Assembly (NCBI RefSeq): GCF_009914755.1
Contig: NC_060931.1
Length of the DNA: 64,000 nucleotides
DNA from: the human T2T-CHM13v2.0 reference genome, Homo sapiens
Strand: one strand, 5' to 3'
Shown piece after piece: positions 13,839 through 28,086 of this stretch. Within the stretch, counting starts at the first letter, position 1. Each line of letters begins with the position of its first letter. The translations under genes were made by a program, and so were the position numbers. Below the pieces are notes generated by a model. It had not been told where the DNA came from. It searched no databases and was given only the letters and a program-made list of their open reading frames with translations.

Positions 13839-14544
13839 AAATAATGTTACCCCATATGATCCAGCAATCCCACCCCTTGGTATATACCCAAAAGAAAGGC
13901 AATCAGTATATTGAAGAAATATCTACACTCCCAAGTTTTTGCATCATAATTTACAATAGCCAAGATTTGGAAGCAACCTAAGTGCCCATACACAGATGAA
14001 TGGATAAAGAAAATGTGGTACTTATACATAATGGAGTACTATTCAGCCATAAAGAAGAATGAGATCCTGTTATTTGCAACAACTTGGGTGGAATTGGAGG
14101 TCACTGTGTTAAGTGAAATAAGCCAGGAAGAGAAAGAAAAATATTCCATGTTATCACATATTTTTGGTATATAAAAATCAAAACAATTGAACTAATGGAC
14201 ATAGGGAGTAGGAAGATGTTTATCAGAGCCTGGGAAGAGTAGTGAGGGGGGTTGGGGATGGAAGTAGGGATGGTTAATGGGTACAATAAAAATAATTAGA
14301 ATGAATAAGACCTAGTATTTGATAGTACAACAGATTATAGTCAATAATAATCTTATTTTATATTTAAAAATAACTAAAAGTAAAATCGGATTGCTGGTAA
14401 CATAAAGGATAAAAGTTTAAGGGGATGGCCCTACTCTTCATGATGTGATTATTACACAATGTGTGCTTGTATCAAAATGTCTCATGTACGACATAAAAAC
14501 ATAACATCTACTCTGTACCAACAAAAACTTTAAAAAGAAAGAAA

Positions 14545-15075
14545 TTCTGGAGGCCAGAAGGCAGTGGGCAAATTTTTCAATGTGCTAAAAGAAAAAAACT
14601 GTCAACCATGTTTCATATAGCCAGCAAAACTGCCCTTCAAAAATAAGAGAGACGTTAAGGTGTTCCCGGATAAATATAAGCTGAAGACATTCATTACTAC
14701 TAGACCTGCCTTGCAAGAGGGAGTCCTGCAAGGTAAAATTAAAGAACACCAGACAGTAATTTAAAGCTGTATGAAGAAATAAATGTATCAGTAAGGATAT
14801 ACCATGGATAATTATAAAATCTTGTAGTATTGTGACAATGGTTCGTAACTCAACTTTTGTTTTCTCTTAAGAGACTAATACATTTAATGAAAACAATTAT
14901 TAGTCTAAAAGCTAATTTGGTTTGTAACCACATTTTGTTTTCTACATAATTTATGGGACTAATGTGTTTAAAAGTAATATTAGTTTATGTTTGGGGGCAC
15001 AAAGTGTATAAAGATGTAATTTTGTGACAGTAACGGAAAAGTTTGGGGACATAGCTGTAAAGGAGCAGAGTTTAA
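14545..15075 (+). mobile_element. Ancient L1M fragment (end of ORF1 and spacer)
   Basis: AGGCCAGAAGGCAGTGG...AAAACTGTCAACC...AGCAAAACTGCCCTTCAAAAAT resembles L1M ORF1 3' region. Confidence 0.6.
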
Positions 15076-17079
15076 AGAATATAAAATATGAATAACTTTA
15101 TATATAGACTGCATCATAAAATAATATCCTGAATAGATTTGGTTAAATAAGTACATTATTAAAATTTCTGTTTCTCTTTAATGTGGGTACTAGAAAATTA
15201 AACTTTTAAAGTCGTTTCTGATGGGTTTCTGGGTGTTTCTGATGGGCAGTCAGGGCTGAGAACTGCTGCTCTATGGGGCTGGGTTAAATTTAAGTTTAAA
15301 TTTTTTTAGCAGGAGTATTTTATAGATGATGCTGTGGACTTCACATTGTATCATATTTGAAGCACACTGGTTGTCCCACTTTTAGTGATTATAAGATCAG
15401 GCAGTGGATTCAGGTGGTGGCAGCCTAGTTTCTCCTATGGAAAAGTTCCTGTCAGCCTTTCACTTAATGGCTTAATTGGGTGAGCATTGCCTAAAGCAGT
15501 TGATTAATTAGGGTTTGTAATGGGTGATTTCCCAGCTGTTAGTCATTTCATACTTATTGTCTGGAATTAACTATAAAGAAGAACTTTCCCTCGTCAGTTA
15601 GGGTTTTTTGGTGGTTGCCCTGAAATTCAGTTCTTATGGAATATTGTTAAGTTTTAGAGTAAGACACTGATGTCCTACCTCTTTTTAATAGTTTCTAATG
15701 ACATGATGATTTTTGTTTCTTATTTTTCCTCCTTTTATTATTTTGAACTCGTTACAGTTAGAATTCTTTTGCGATGCGAATTAACTTACATAAGATTTAT
15801 AAATAAAGGGATGATGTCAATGTAGCAAGGAAATCCCTTGATTCATAGGTTAATGTGTCTCAACAAGTGACAGCAGCTGAATCAAAATACACGAATACAG
15901 TCAAATACTACAAGCCACCAACAGATGGCATTCTCTCATTGTACATTATCACCTTGCATTCCACTGGTTTCATTTAACTAAGAGTTGGAGGTGCTTGCTC
16001 TCTATTTACTCCATCTTTGTGCATTTTTCCCTTGCCTTCATGGCAAGCCTCAACCCCAGCATCCTCAACCCTTCCTTACTCTTCTGTCAAAGGCTTTCAG
16101 TTTGTTGTTGTTAAAATCCAGATTTATTGCAATATTTCTTTTCTATATAGGAATTTAACAAACCTTTTAAATTGAGTTTGTAATTTTATTAGGATTGTTA
16201 TTGTTTTCCTCTGTGTTCTAGTTAGAAAGATGATTAGGTTTTGAATTGTCATCTTCTGATCCTGACCTCCCCATAGGTCACCCATTTTCTGTATGATATT
16301 ACAAAACACTTCTTGTTTGTTTTGTTTGTTCCTGCATTATAGTAGAAATGTTTTTATTGTGCTTCTATCACTTACATTTCTTTTTATTTTTGATGCTCAA
16401 ATTGCCCCATTTTTGTCTAACTGAGGCTCCTTCATGTTGAATCTTGTGTCCTTCTAATATGAACCATTTGTTTTTGATAACTCTTACTTTCTAGCACAAG
16501 ATATCTCAAGCTCATCTTGTATATTTAGTGCCCCACACCTGCATCATTCACTCCTCTAAGGAGCCAGGGTTTATTTTACATTTTAAAATGGGGCAAATAA
16601 TGAGTCACTTGATTTTTTTTAAGTTCTAAATTACTCATTAATGTCTCTTTCTTCTTAAAGGATAGTGTCAAGTTCTAAAGTGCAGCCAGGGTTGAAAACC
16701 ATTGCCACTTTCAGAGACTTGTTTAGATTTAGGTTTAACTTTTTGGGCAAGAATATTTCATTGGTAAATAGGTAAATAGCATAATTTTTGGACATCTGTC
16801 TCCTTTTAAGGTTGCTTCTTTCAGTATGTTTTCTTTAAAGGGAAATAATTGTAAAGTTATATAAAGTAAATCTTTATCCCATGACTATGTCTAAAGTTAA
16901 AAAAGAAAATAACACGAATGAAGAACATTGTAATATTAATTATGAAGAAGTTAGGATATTCACAAGCCATATACATGTTTTCCAATTCCAGGAAGCTTTA
17001 AATGAATAAAGAAGAAGAAATTCTCATTACTCCTCTTGGTATTAAATTGCTTTTGTAACTTCTCTGATATTGTTTTATT

Positions 17080-17215
17080 AACAGATATTTATTGAGAAAG
17101 TATGGTGAGTCAGGCCCAGTTCTAGGCGCTGGTGATTCAAGAATGAATTAAACATATAGTTCCTACCCTTATAGAGTTTATGTTGAGTAGAGGGCAAGGA
17201 CCAACAATAAACAGA
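17080..17215 (-). mobile_element. L2 3' end fragment
   Basis: AACAGATATTTATTGAG...AGGCCCAGTTCTAGGCGCTGGTGAT is the antisense L2 terminus pattern. Confidence 0.7.
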
Positions 17216-17531
17216 TAGCATCTGTCAGATACCTCTTCCAAAGTAGTAAAGAGAAGCTGGAGGTAGGCAGTTCTGTTTTCCTGCTTTTCCTAAGGGAGTC
17301 AGGGGTTAGAGTATATGTAACACCTTTATCTTTGGTGACTTTCCCTTTCTTTGACCTTCAGTAATTGCTACCTAGGTATTCTTTCCATTAACATAAAATT
17401 CTATATTACTATAGTTATTTTCATGAAGATTGATAGCCTATGATTTTCTCAGTGTGCCGTGTCACAAATAGTACTGGAGCACATTTAAGTACTCACAACC
17501 AATACTGGAGTACATCTTAAGAATTACACAA

Positions 17532-17831
17532 GGCCAGGCGCGGTGGTTCATGCCTGTAATCGCAGCACTTTGGGAGGCTGAGGTGGGTGGATCACGAGGT
17601 CAAGAGATCAAGACCATCCTGGCCAACATGTTGAAAGCCCGTCTCTACTAAAAGTACAAAAATTAGCTGGGCATGGTGGCGTGTGCCTGTAGTCCCAGCT
17701 ACTCAGGAGGCTGAGGCAAGAGATCACTTGAACCTGGAAGGCGGAGGTTGCAGTGAGCCAAGATCGTGCCACTGCACTCCAGCCTGGGTGACAGAGCGAG
17801 ACTCCGTCTCAAAAAAAAAAAAAAAAAAAAA
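17532..17831 (+). mobile_element. AluSc-like SINE
   Basis: Full dimer, CACGAGGTCAAGAGATC diagnostic, long poly(A), TSD AAGAAT(T/C)AC(A/T)CAA. Confidence 0.93.
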
Positions 17832-18295
17832 GAATCACTCAAATCAGACAGTAAGTGGTAAGTGGAAAATTACAACAATTTGCTATATTGCTGATGCTAG
17901 TAATTTTTCTAGCATCAGAATTGCTCACTCACACTTTCAAAACTTTCCTCATAGCCCAAGGGCTTTAAATATATTATCTTATCAAAATTAAAAATTACTT
18001 CAAGTCATGGACCTTTGGAGTTGCATTGGAATATTTGGAACCACAGATGTTACATCCTTAGATTTCAGGGGTTAGATCCTTATAAATGTCCAACAGCTGA
18101 AAGTATAACCACATCATGAGCATTGGCACAGCATCTGGGGTGAGGAAGAAGCAAAGTAGAGGGGAGAGGATAACCTTCAAGCCTGGAGCCACAAGAAAAA
18201 GAATCAAATAAATGAACAAGAGAATAACTTTGAATTGGCGAAGTATTACTATCAAAGTCTAGAATATGGATTTCTAGATCTTTTAGAAGACCTCG

Positions 18296-18565
18296 TACCA
18301 CATTTTCTTTGTTCACTCACTACTGATGGGCACTTATGTTTATTCCATAACTTGGCTGTTGTGAATAGTGCTACAGTGGACATAATTGTGCAGAATCTCT
18401 TCAACATACTGATTTCAAATCATTCAGGTACCCAGAAGTGGGATGGCTGGATCATATGGTAATTCTATTTTCAGTTTTTTGAGGAACCACCATGCAGTTT
18501 TCCATAATGAATGTACTAATTTACATTCCCACCAACAGTGTAGAAACATCCTCATTTCTCCACTC
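18296..18565 (-). mobile_element. L1M 3' fragment
   Basis: TACCACATTTTCTTT...TTGGCTGTTGTGAATAGTGCT...TTTACATTCCCACCAACAGTG is antisense ORF2 C-terminal sequence. Confidence 0.8.
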
Positions 18566-18568
18566 ATC

Positions 18569-18860
18569 TTTTCTTTTCTTTTTTTTTTTTTTTTGAGACA
18601 GGGCCTCTGTCATCCAGGCTGGAGTGCAGTGGCACAATCACAGCTCACTGCAGCCTTGACCTCCAGGCTTAAGTGATCCTACCACCTCAGCCTTTCAAGT
18701 AGCTAGGACTACAAGCATGTACCACCTTGCTCAGCTAATTTTTAAAACTTTTTTGTATAGATAGGTTCTCACTGTGTTGTCCAGGCTGGTCTTGAACTTC
18801 TGGGCTCAAGTGATCCTCCCAAAGTTCTGAGATTACAGGTGTGAGCCACTGTACCCAGCC
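18569..18860 (-). mobile_element. AluJ-like SINE
   Basis: Poly(T) followed by antisense Alu with J-type CACAGCTCACTGCAGCCTTGACCTCC. Confidence 0.9.
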
Positions 18861-18861
18861 A

Positions 18862-19087
18862 AAATTCATTTATGTTTTATGTACACCTTATACACATAAG
18901 TCTGAAGATAATTTATACAATATTTTTTATAATTTTGTGCATGATACAAAATTTTGAGTGTGTTTTAATTGCAACACTTCACATGAGGTCAGGTGTGGAA
19001 TTTTTCACTGTGGTGTCACTTTGCTTCTGAGAAAGTTGTGGATTCTGGAGCATTTTGGATTTTCAAATTAGGAATGCTCAAGTTGTA
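18862..19087. mobile_element. MER2 (Tigger-type DNA transposon) fragment
   Basis: CACATGAGGTCAGGTGTGGAATTTT...GGAGCATTTTGGATTTTC...ATGCTCAA matches the remembered MER2 end. Confidence 0.75.
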
Positions 19088-19393
19088 TATACATTATAGA
19101 GGTAGCACAGTAATGATGATCCAGGGAAACCATCACTAAGAAGTTGATATTTGAGCAGGGTTTTTCAGGAGTTCCCCACGTGACCAAGGAATAGAAAGAA
19201 AGAAAGGGTATTCTGGGTACAGAGAATAGCACATACAGAAACATGGATGCAAAACATCATGTGAGGAAGACCAGTGAGATAAAATTTTAAGTCAAGTACT
19301 ATTTGAAGCAAATCGTTTTTCTGGGAAAACTGAAATAACTTTTATTGGGACTGTTCCATTTTTTACCTGGGATGAGCCTCTATTTAAAAATTA

Positions 19394-19795
<402 letters not shown>

Positions 19796-20034
19796 TTAGC
19801 AAATTACATAATGAACAAGTGAGATATAGAAAGCTGTTTTTGAAAGAGACAGTAAATAACTGCATTTTTGCTGAATTTTTTTCAAAAACAATGAGAAAAT
19901 AATTTCCTCCTGAAACGATATAAAGCGTCCATAGTGAAAAGTCCTTGGTGTTTATAATTAATCCAGAGTCTTATTGTATTGCATTATATTGTATTGCATT
20001 GTATTGCTCTGTACTTAGTCAAGATAAACTAATA

Positions 20035-20330
20035 GACCGGCTGCAGTGGCTCACACCTGTAATCCCAGCACTTTGGGAGGCCAAGGTTGGCGGATCACTT
20101 GAGCCCAGGAGTTTGAGACCAGCCTAGACAACAGGGCAAAACCTGGGTCTCTATAAAAGATGCAAAACTTAGCTGGTCATGGTGGTTGCATGCTTGTAGT
20201 CCCAGCTACTGGGAGGCTGAGAGGTGGAAGGATCACTTGAGACTCAGAGATTGAGGCTGCAACGAGCCATGATTGTGCTACTGCACTCCAGCCTGGGCGA
20301 CAGAGCAACCCTGTCTCAAAAAAAATAAAA
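20035..20330 (+). mobile_element. AluJ SINE
   Basis: GAGCCCAGGAGTTTGAGACCAGCC and GGAAGGATCACTTGAG J-type features; TSD AAGATAAA(C/T)TAA. Confidence 0.9.
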
Positions 20331-20349
20331 GATAAATTAAAAATAATCA

Positions 20350-20645
20350 TATGAGTCTTATGAGGGAGGGAAAGTGGGTAAATGGACACAAAAAAAATTA
20401 GAAAGAATAAGACCTAGTGTTTGCTAGCACAACAGAGTGACTATAGTCAAAAGTAATTTAATTATACATTTAAAAATAACCAAAAGAGTATTATCAGATT
20501 GTTTGTAACACAAAGGTTAAATGCTTGAGGTGATGGATTCCCCATTTACCCTGGTATGATTATTACATGCCTCTGTCAAAATATCTCATGTAACTCATAA
20601 ATATACACACCTATTATGTACCCACAAAAATTAAAAATACAAATT
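20350..20645 (+). mobile_element. L1MA 3' UTR fragment
   Basis: Closely resembles the 3' end of the L1 at 14290-14530 (AATAAGACCTAG...TATGTACCCACAAAAATTAAAAAT). Confidence 0.85.
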
Positions 20646-20647
20646 AA

Positions 20648-20940
20648 GGCAAGGCATAGTGGCTCACGCCTGTAATCCCAGCACTTTAGGAGGCCTAGGT
20701 AGGCGCTCCACCTGAGCCCAGGAGTTTGAGACCAGCCTGGGCAACATAGGGAGACCCCGCCTCAGCAAAGAGTGATGGTGCACACCTGTGGTCCCAGCTA
20801 TTGGGAGATGGAGGTGGGAGGATCACTTGACCCTGGGAATTTGAGTTTGCAGAGAGCCATGATCGTATCACTGCACTTCACCCTGGGTGACAGATTGAGA
20901 CCCTACTCAAAATAAATAATGAATAAAATAAAATAAAAAT
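20648..20940 (+). mobile_element. AluJ SINE with linker deletion
   Basis: Both arms present, A-rich middle missing, (AAAAT)n tail. Confidence 0.88.
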
Positions 20941-22889
20941 GTTTAAAAAACATAAGAAAAATTATAAATCTAAAAAGAATAAAGCATCAGTGGCAAAATA
21001 CATATTTATACATAGTTATGAATTATATATTTAGAAGATATAGGAACTTTTCAGGGGTTAGCTAGGTTCCACAGAATAAATTGTATTTATTGACTTTTTC
21101 TGTCATTCCCAGAAGGACTTGCTTAAGATGTGGAACTATTTTTCCTTTGAAAAATAAAACAGCTCTTTGAACCTTAACTGAAAACTATAGTTTTGTTTCT
21201 AACAATTTTGCAGGAGAGCTAGACTCCATTTTTCAGTTGAGAAGTTTTGGGTTTATAAATCCACAGTATTTTGAATTTACATATATCCATCAAATACACA
21301 TTCAGGTCAAAAAATTGAGGATATATTTATAGATCACATGAAATAGCCAATTGATAAACTGACACATACGTCAACATAATTACATATAAGAAACAAAATT
21401 TTACTTTCAAATGACAGATTTTTATCTGCAGAGTAAAAGATCTTTATGCAAAAGCAAGATAGAGGAGATTCCTCAAGGATCTAGAAGCCTATTAGAAGCG
21501 GTAGAGTATAATAAGGAAGGAGAATTTAAATTGTACTTTCTATACTCCCTCTTCTATGAGGATGTTTCTCATGAAAACTACAACAATCACAAAGACTTTT
21601 AGATGATTGCTTCTTCACGTATTTTAAGTGTGTCCTCCACTGCCTACCTAATACATTTACTTGATATTCGTTGTGAATATATTTTTTTCGATTGTCATGA
21701 AAATGCTGTCCGTGAATATTTTGCAGATTTAATCTAAATTTTTAGTTTAAAACTTTACTTTTTGTTATGAGGTGGTATATGGGAAATCAGCAAGAATCCA
21801 TATAAGGCCTCAAGCTGGAAAAGTTTTCATTTAGTGGTCATGTGAATTATATGTTGAGGAGATTCAGCAATATGTCCAATATTATGATAACCATTTACAG
21901 TGAATAAATATGAAACAAAGCTACCGTTCCCAAGTAGCTTATAATCAAAGTAGAAGATCCATAAAACATTAAAATATTTAAATAATTGATTATTAAACTG
22001 TATGAGACTCACCACAAAGCAATACAAGTTGTATCATTGTGAACAGAAGTAGTCTGAAGATCTTTTCGAATGAGGTAGAAAACCAAAAGAACCTTGGAAG
22101 ATGGATGGAATTTGGATCTTTTGAATAATAATAGGGATATAGTTAATGCTGGGAGAGCAAACACAAGGAGATGATACTTTCAGTGTATAAGTAAACTTGA
22201 GTTTTAAATATTTTTCCCTAATAGAGTAGCCTTGCAACTTGCTGTCTCAGTAGCTGTATTTAAGCTTTACAAGTGTCAGAACCTGCCTCATAGTTAGGCT
22301 TGACTGGATTATATGTAGCTTAAAATCCATATAAAGAGATCCTTTCTTTAATGGTTTTGAGTCATTGCAGTAATAAAATTAAATTATGTTATTTTGAGAA
22401 GCCAAATTCCTAAATAATTCCTATTGAGAATCTAAAGAGAAATTATCTATCTAGAAATTTAGAGGTAGATACCACGGGGAAGTTCTGAAAATTAGCTGTG
22501 ATAATTCTACTCTTGCTACTTTCATAATAAATTAAACAGTTTTCCTTCAGTGTACCTTCTATAGAATCATTGTCTTAATGAGGGAATGAGAAATTGACTT
22601 ATAGATAAGTGATAAATAGAATCTATCACATATAAAATAATTCAGTTTTTAGATAGCAGACTAATTTCAGCATTGGTTAGCATTTTAATTAAAGTCAAAT
22701 GTCACATATTTTAACCTTTATCACTGATTTAATACCATTAAATAATAGCAATTATTGAGTAACTTAAGTTGAAACCATTTTTAAGCTTGGCCAATTAAGA
22801 AAAATATCATTATTCTTCATATTAACATTAATTGGATTACCTTTGAGTAGGTTTTGATATTAACTGGGTATATTTCACTTGTTCTAGGG

Positions 22890-23350
22890 TAAGTGGTAGG
22901 ATTCTTTGGTTGCAAACAACCACAATCAATTCTTGTGCACAAATAGAATTCATTATAAAGAGATCAGCAGCTCACAGAATGGATAGAAAGACTGGATAAA
23001 TAGGCTTAGAAAGAAGGAGACTGAGCTACCCCAGAGGGCTGGAAGCAGGAACTGCAGTAATGTCTCTTTGCTGGTACATTCTGTTCAGGGACCCACCACT
23101 AAAGTGAATAAACTGCTCTGTTTATTTATTACTCTAAACAGACTCTAGTCAAGATTCAAAAATACAAGGATGAGGTTCTCAACTTAACTTAATTCACTTG
23201 CCTGTCCCATAGTGTACTTGAGTGATGAAAGAAAAGGCCTTACACAAGGATTCTCCAGGAACCTTTCCTCTTCATAGTGGCAGAGCAAGTGCCAGGATTT
23301 GTTGTCTCCACATTCCTCACAAAAGATGGGAAATAGATGCTGTGTGGGAG
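22890..23350 (-). mobile_element. Ancient MLT1-type (MaLR) LTR remnant
   Basis: AGGATTCTTTGGTTGCAAACAAC...AGCTCACAGAAT...GGCTGGAAGCAGGAAC resembles antisense MLT1J/K ends; boundaries are loose. Confidence 0.5.
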
Positions 23351-25256
23351 GAAAACTACACCTATTCCATTAGCTGAGATCTTTTATCTCCTGTTTCAGA
23401 GGACCAGGCAGCTGCTCATAGAAAACATCATTAGGATTTCTAAGGACAAAGGTCTAAAGACAGTACCTTAATTTGTCATTAGGCAAAAATCTCCGTGGAC
23501 AATAGTTATATAAAAACTGTTGTGGAACTTCAGTTCTCTTTTCCATTTAATGAGGTATAAAACTTTTCACTTTCCAGAAAGAATATATTCTAAATTGGAG
23601 GTTGTTAATTACTATTATTAACTGTGTTCTACCAGTGCCATTTCCTCACAGATGCACCTTTGCTTTTCTCACATTCTGCCTGAATATTTCCTGTAAGCCA
23701 ATTATGACATTGAAATTGAGTTTTCCAGTAATGTTCACTAGATTCCCTCAAGAAATGGAATATATGATAGAGAAAAACCTAAGAGAATCCAAAATAATGG
23801 TGGTTTATCATAATAGATTCTCTGGCCAATAATTCCTATTTTTGTTTTGCATGATTTTCCTGTCAGTCTTAAAATTTTCCCAGCCACTCTCTTTGTAAAG
23901 CTTTACTGTTTTCATTTTTGAAAAAATGTTTAAGTACTTTAAAAGTCCTTTTAAAAATTTCTTTTCCACTGAAATGAAATTGTGGCCACTAGGCTAAAAT
24001 CATATCTTACTAGGATACATTCTCACTAACTTTGGCCTATTTTAGTATTCCATCCTGAGACAGAATCTAGTGTTTACATCAGATAATGTTTCCTTGTGGA
24101 CATAGTGGAACAAGTATTTTTCAGTGCACACAGATACCCCATAAAATCAGAAATATCCATCTGTAGCCTGTTAGAGACATATGAAATATAGTTACTCCAT
24201 TAGTATCATTGTAAACAGCCAGGGGTGGCATGCAGGCTGATTTTCTTTAGTGCAGTATTGTGCTGCCCTTACCTCACTGACTCACCTCTCTGTTACCCAC
24301 AACAGGACTTTTATCTGTGGAAGTTAGTGGCAGGCACATATTACTTCTCTGCTTCTGAATTGATGGCTCAGAACATTGGCACACTAAAGCCATGGACTCC
24401 TGTTGGAGGATGCAGGTTACCTAAATGGTACTTTAAGGCCTTTTATAGGTAGAGTAAGACCTTTGCTTTTAAATTCTTTTTTAACCATCAACTTAAATGT
24501 TGAATTAATCCTGTGACAATGATCAGTTGGTTTTTGAAGTCTGAAATTTTGGCAGAAAGCAAATTCTTTTCTAAGTTGATATTAGGAAGTAACAGTTCTA
24601 TAAAAATTAAAACCATGGATTGTTATAATGGCTTCATTCTGTAGTTAAAACATTTACAGTGTTTTATACTGCTCAGTGTAGTTGTCATTGATTTAATCAT
24701 TTTCATGAAGATTTATCAGTAGTCACTTCCATCAAAAACAGTCATGGGATTCAAGCCAGCAACAGTGTGTTAAAAAGAAAAGAAAAAATAGTTATGAGAA
24801 TCTCATGGATTTTTTTATTTTATATTTTTTTGCAGTCAGTTTTTTTTTCATTTTAATCACTTTTCCTTTACTTGAATTAAAATACTTTAATAGATTGTGT
24901 CTGAGTTTTGAAGCTAGGAAATCATACACATGGAATCTTTACTTATTAAATATTTTAATTGGCTTGATAACCTGTATCTTTAAGATATCACTTCCTTTTA
25001 ATTAAGATATAAAATGCTACTTGGGTCTTTTAGTACTTTAGTAATAATGTGAAAAGATAGTAAGTCTAAATTTCACAAGTAGTGATTTGTTGTAACCAGC
25101 GGAAAAAAAATGAAGAACACATATTGCAGGAGAAAGAACAATCATTGTCCCAACCATCCTTGCTGTAGTTCTGTTCACAATCTATTAACAAACCAATTTT
25201 ATAAGATAAATTTTGGGGGCCTAAATTGATACCATTAGGTTCCTCTGCCATTGTAG

Positions 25257-25445
<189 letters not shown>

Positions 25446-27319
25446 TAAGTGTAATACTTTTTTTTCCAACTAATTAATAGTTAGTTGTACCAAAACATAT
25501 GGCTATCTACTTTGGTTTCTCAGTTATTCTTTCTGAACTTATTATTATCTTAGAGCAAAGACAAGATTTCGGACTACTTTGGTAAGGTTAGATTATCTGA
25601 GAAATTCTTATGCCATATTGTACCAGCTGTCTACTTTTCCTTTAGTTGAATCTTCAGCCAGTCCTTCAGTTAAATATATGAGCTTGTGTTTAATGAGCCA
25701 TCTATTTTTGAATTCTATCATTGGTGTGGTATTTGCCTTAGGACTAATTTTCCCACTTGTCATAAAACACAATTTGAAGGAATAGAAAGATATTTACTTG
25801 TTCCTGGTGGTTCTGAAGAATTCTATTCATTTTCAATAAATCTGATTTTTAGAAACCGTAGAAGATATAATCACTTCACCTATGGGCCACAAGATCTTTT
25901 TCTTATTTCTTTGTCCCGATGTTCAGGACTATTTCATTTAGTTACAGTATCCTAATGTTGAGAGAGCTGCAGAGTCTTAGGCTGTTTTCCTTTAGGTAAT
26001 CTTCATCTTGAAACTTGTAAGTTGTATTATCCTCTTTTGGCTTTTAGCCACTTTTCCACCTTAATCATTTTTTCACTATTTTTATTTTTCTATCTTAAGC
26101 TAATTTTCTGTTTTTCCTGATATCCCTCCCTCTCATCCCCTTCTGTTTGATTTTTTCCCTTCCCCCTCTTTCTCTCTTTTCTCGTATTTTCTCTAGTTTG
26201 TCTTTCCTCCCTTTTTCCTATCTCTTTTTGTTTCTTTCTCTACTCTTTTAGAGTCCTTGCTTGTAAATTTCCCTGTTAGAGTCACATATCTATGTGTGCT
26301 TGTTTTGGTACCTTTCACTAGGTTATTAGTAGCCAGATATTTCTACAAGGAATATTTTAGTACAAACAATTTCCACCTGCTTTACTCTGTGATGTGTTTT
26401 GTCTATCAAAGGCAGAGTTCAAAGTAAATTTGACTATTTGTTATTAAAAATAAGTACTGGAGACTTCAATGCTTTTTCTTGTTTCATTGATTATTAGAGA
26501 TAAGTAGGAAAAGATGAACACATTATTTGCAGAATAAATCAGTAGAATCTCTTCAACATCTACTAAACCATACTTCTTAGTATGATTCAAGGTACTGACT
26601 TTTGATATTTCATAAATTGGGATCTAGTTCCCTTATATGCCCTTATGAAAGTTATTAATAACTAGAATATATCTCATCCTGGTATATAATCTTACCTTCC
26701 TGTGGGTTTAATTAATGAAGAATTTATTTTATTTCTATTTTTAATTTATGATTGAAAAATTAAATTTGTTGCAATACTTGGTACACTTACCTTATCTATA
26801 TATGACACATAAGATGCTCCTGTTTTTTAACTGCAAAAATAGTATAACATTAAATCCTGGTAAGTTAAAAGACTATGCCTTTTTATTTTAATATCCACAT
26901 GGTCACATTAGATAGAGGTAAAATATTTTAGCCAGAAGATGTGTACACTTCCCAATCTACAGAGTTATCTATTGAGGAGCCAGTAAGAAGTCTAAAGTGG
27001 AAGATTTATTTTTAATTTACTTCTGCATCTGCAATAATGGCTGATTTTTACAAAGTATTATAGCAGCAGATAAGGTAATTGTGGTCTCAGAAAAGAAGGC
27101 AAGGAAACTTCCTGTTCATCTGTTTAGCATGGATCTAGATTTTATACTTCTTGACTCAGTTATTCCACCAACTTAAGAAGGGGCATCCTAGCATCATTCT
27201 TTAATCTGGCCTGTCCTCAGATGTTGGTATTGTTTTAGTATGGCCCTATCTCAAAACTGCTATCCCCAAACAAAAAAGTATGCAGCTAGGGTGTTGTACA
27301 GAGATCACTTTATCTAGAG

Positions 27320-27505
27320 TTTAAAGTCAGGACTGGTAAGTAATCTCTGCTACTTACGTAATGTGTAACACTGAGCAATACTTCCTCTCCTTGCTCTTTT
27401 CTTTCTGCACATGTAATACTGGGGATAATACCTGTCTAACAGAATTATAAGGATCAAGTGAGCTAATAAATTGCTAGCATTTAATAGCTAGCTTCTCAGT
27501 AAATA
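27320..27505 (+). mobile_element. MIR SINE
   Basis: Degenerate MIR core: CTCTGCTACTTAC...TGTGTAACACTGAGCAA...GGGGATAATACCT...AAGGATCAAGTGAG. Confidence 0.65.
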
Positions 27506-28086
27506 TTTATACTCTATAAAGTCTTATGTTTCTACTCTAATGTAATCCTGTATCTTCAATGTTTGGAGAGTGTATACCCACCTAACTTCTAAACTTTCTG
27601 AACCTTATGTAAAATTAAAGTGAACAACTCATCCCCAGTTGTTCTGAATAAATAAATCCAACTGTCTCATATAAAATGGAGGCTTTGGATTTTCAGAATA
27701 GAGGAGTTCACCATAAAAATCACGTTTGAAACCAATCACAGCTTTTCATCAGGATCCAGTTTTTTCTCCCTTCAAACTTTTAATATAAGCCAAGGCTCTT
27801 GAACTACCTGATCACTGGCTCCTTTTGATTTGACCAATACCTTAAGTAAGTTCAACAGACATTTATTGAGAAACTGCAAATTATGAAGGAGGTGGCTAAA
27901 ACCTTTTTAATAAGGAACATTAGCTCTCTTGACAATCTGGAGAAAGAAACTGACCCTATAATTCATTACAGTTTTAATGATAGTAGATGATTTTTCCTGG
28001 TAAAGATATGGGATGTCTATAGCTATTTCTCTAGGAACTCTGTAACTTCATTCAACCAGTTAGCCAAAGACAATTTAAGAAGAGAG

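Larger units (their letters stand above)
7735..14540 (+). mobile_element. Near full-length decayed L1 (L1MA2/3-like) interrupted by two Alus
   Basis: ORF1 fragments (8457-8747 coiled coil), ORF2 fragments (10536-10805; 11670-11885 with [15 protein letters not shown] motif), L1MA-type 3' UTR ending in an A-rich tail near 14540. Confidence 0.9.

Noticed and set aside
18058-18255. Hydrophobic 65-aa minus-strand ORF
   Set aside because: No family resemblance or clear splice context; hydrophobicity follows from T-rich composition.
26090-26250. Long CT-rich tract as an acceptor for a hidden exon or H-DNA
   Set aside because: Low-complexity, no clear mirror symmetry and no convincing downstream exon.
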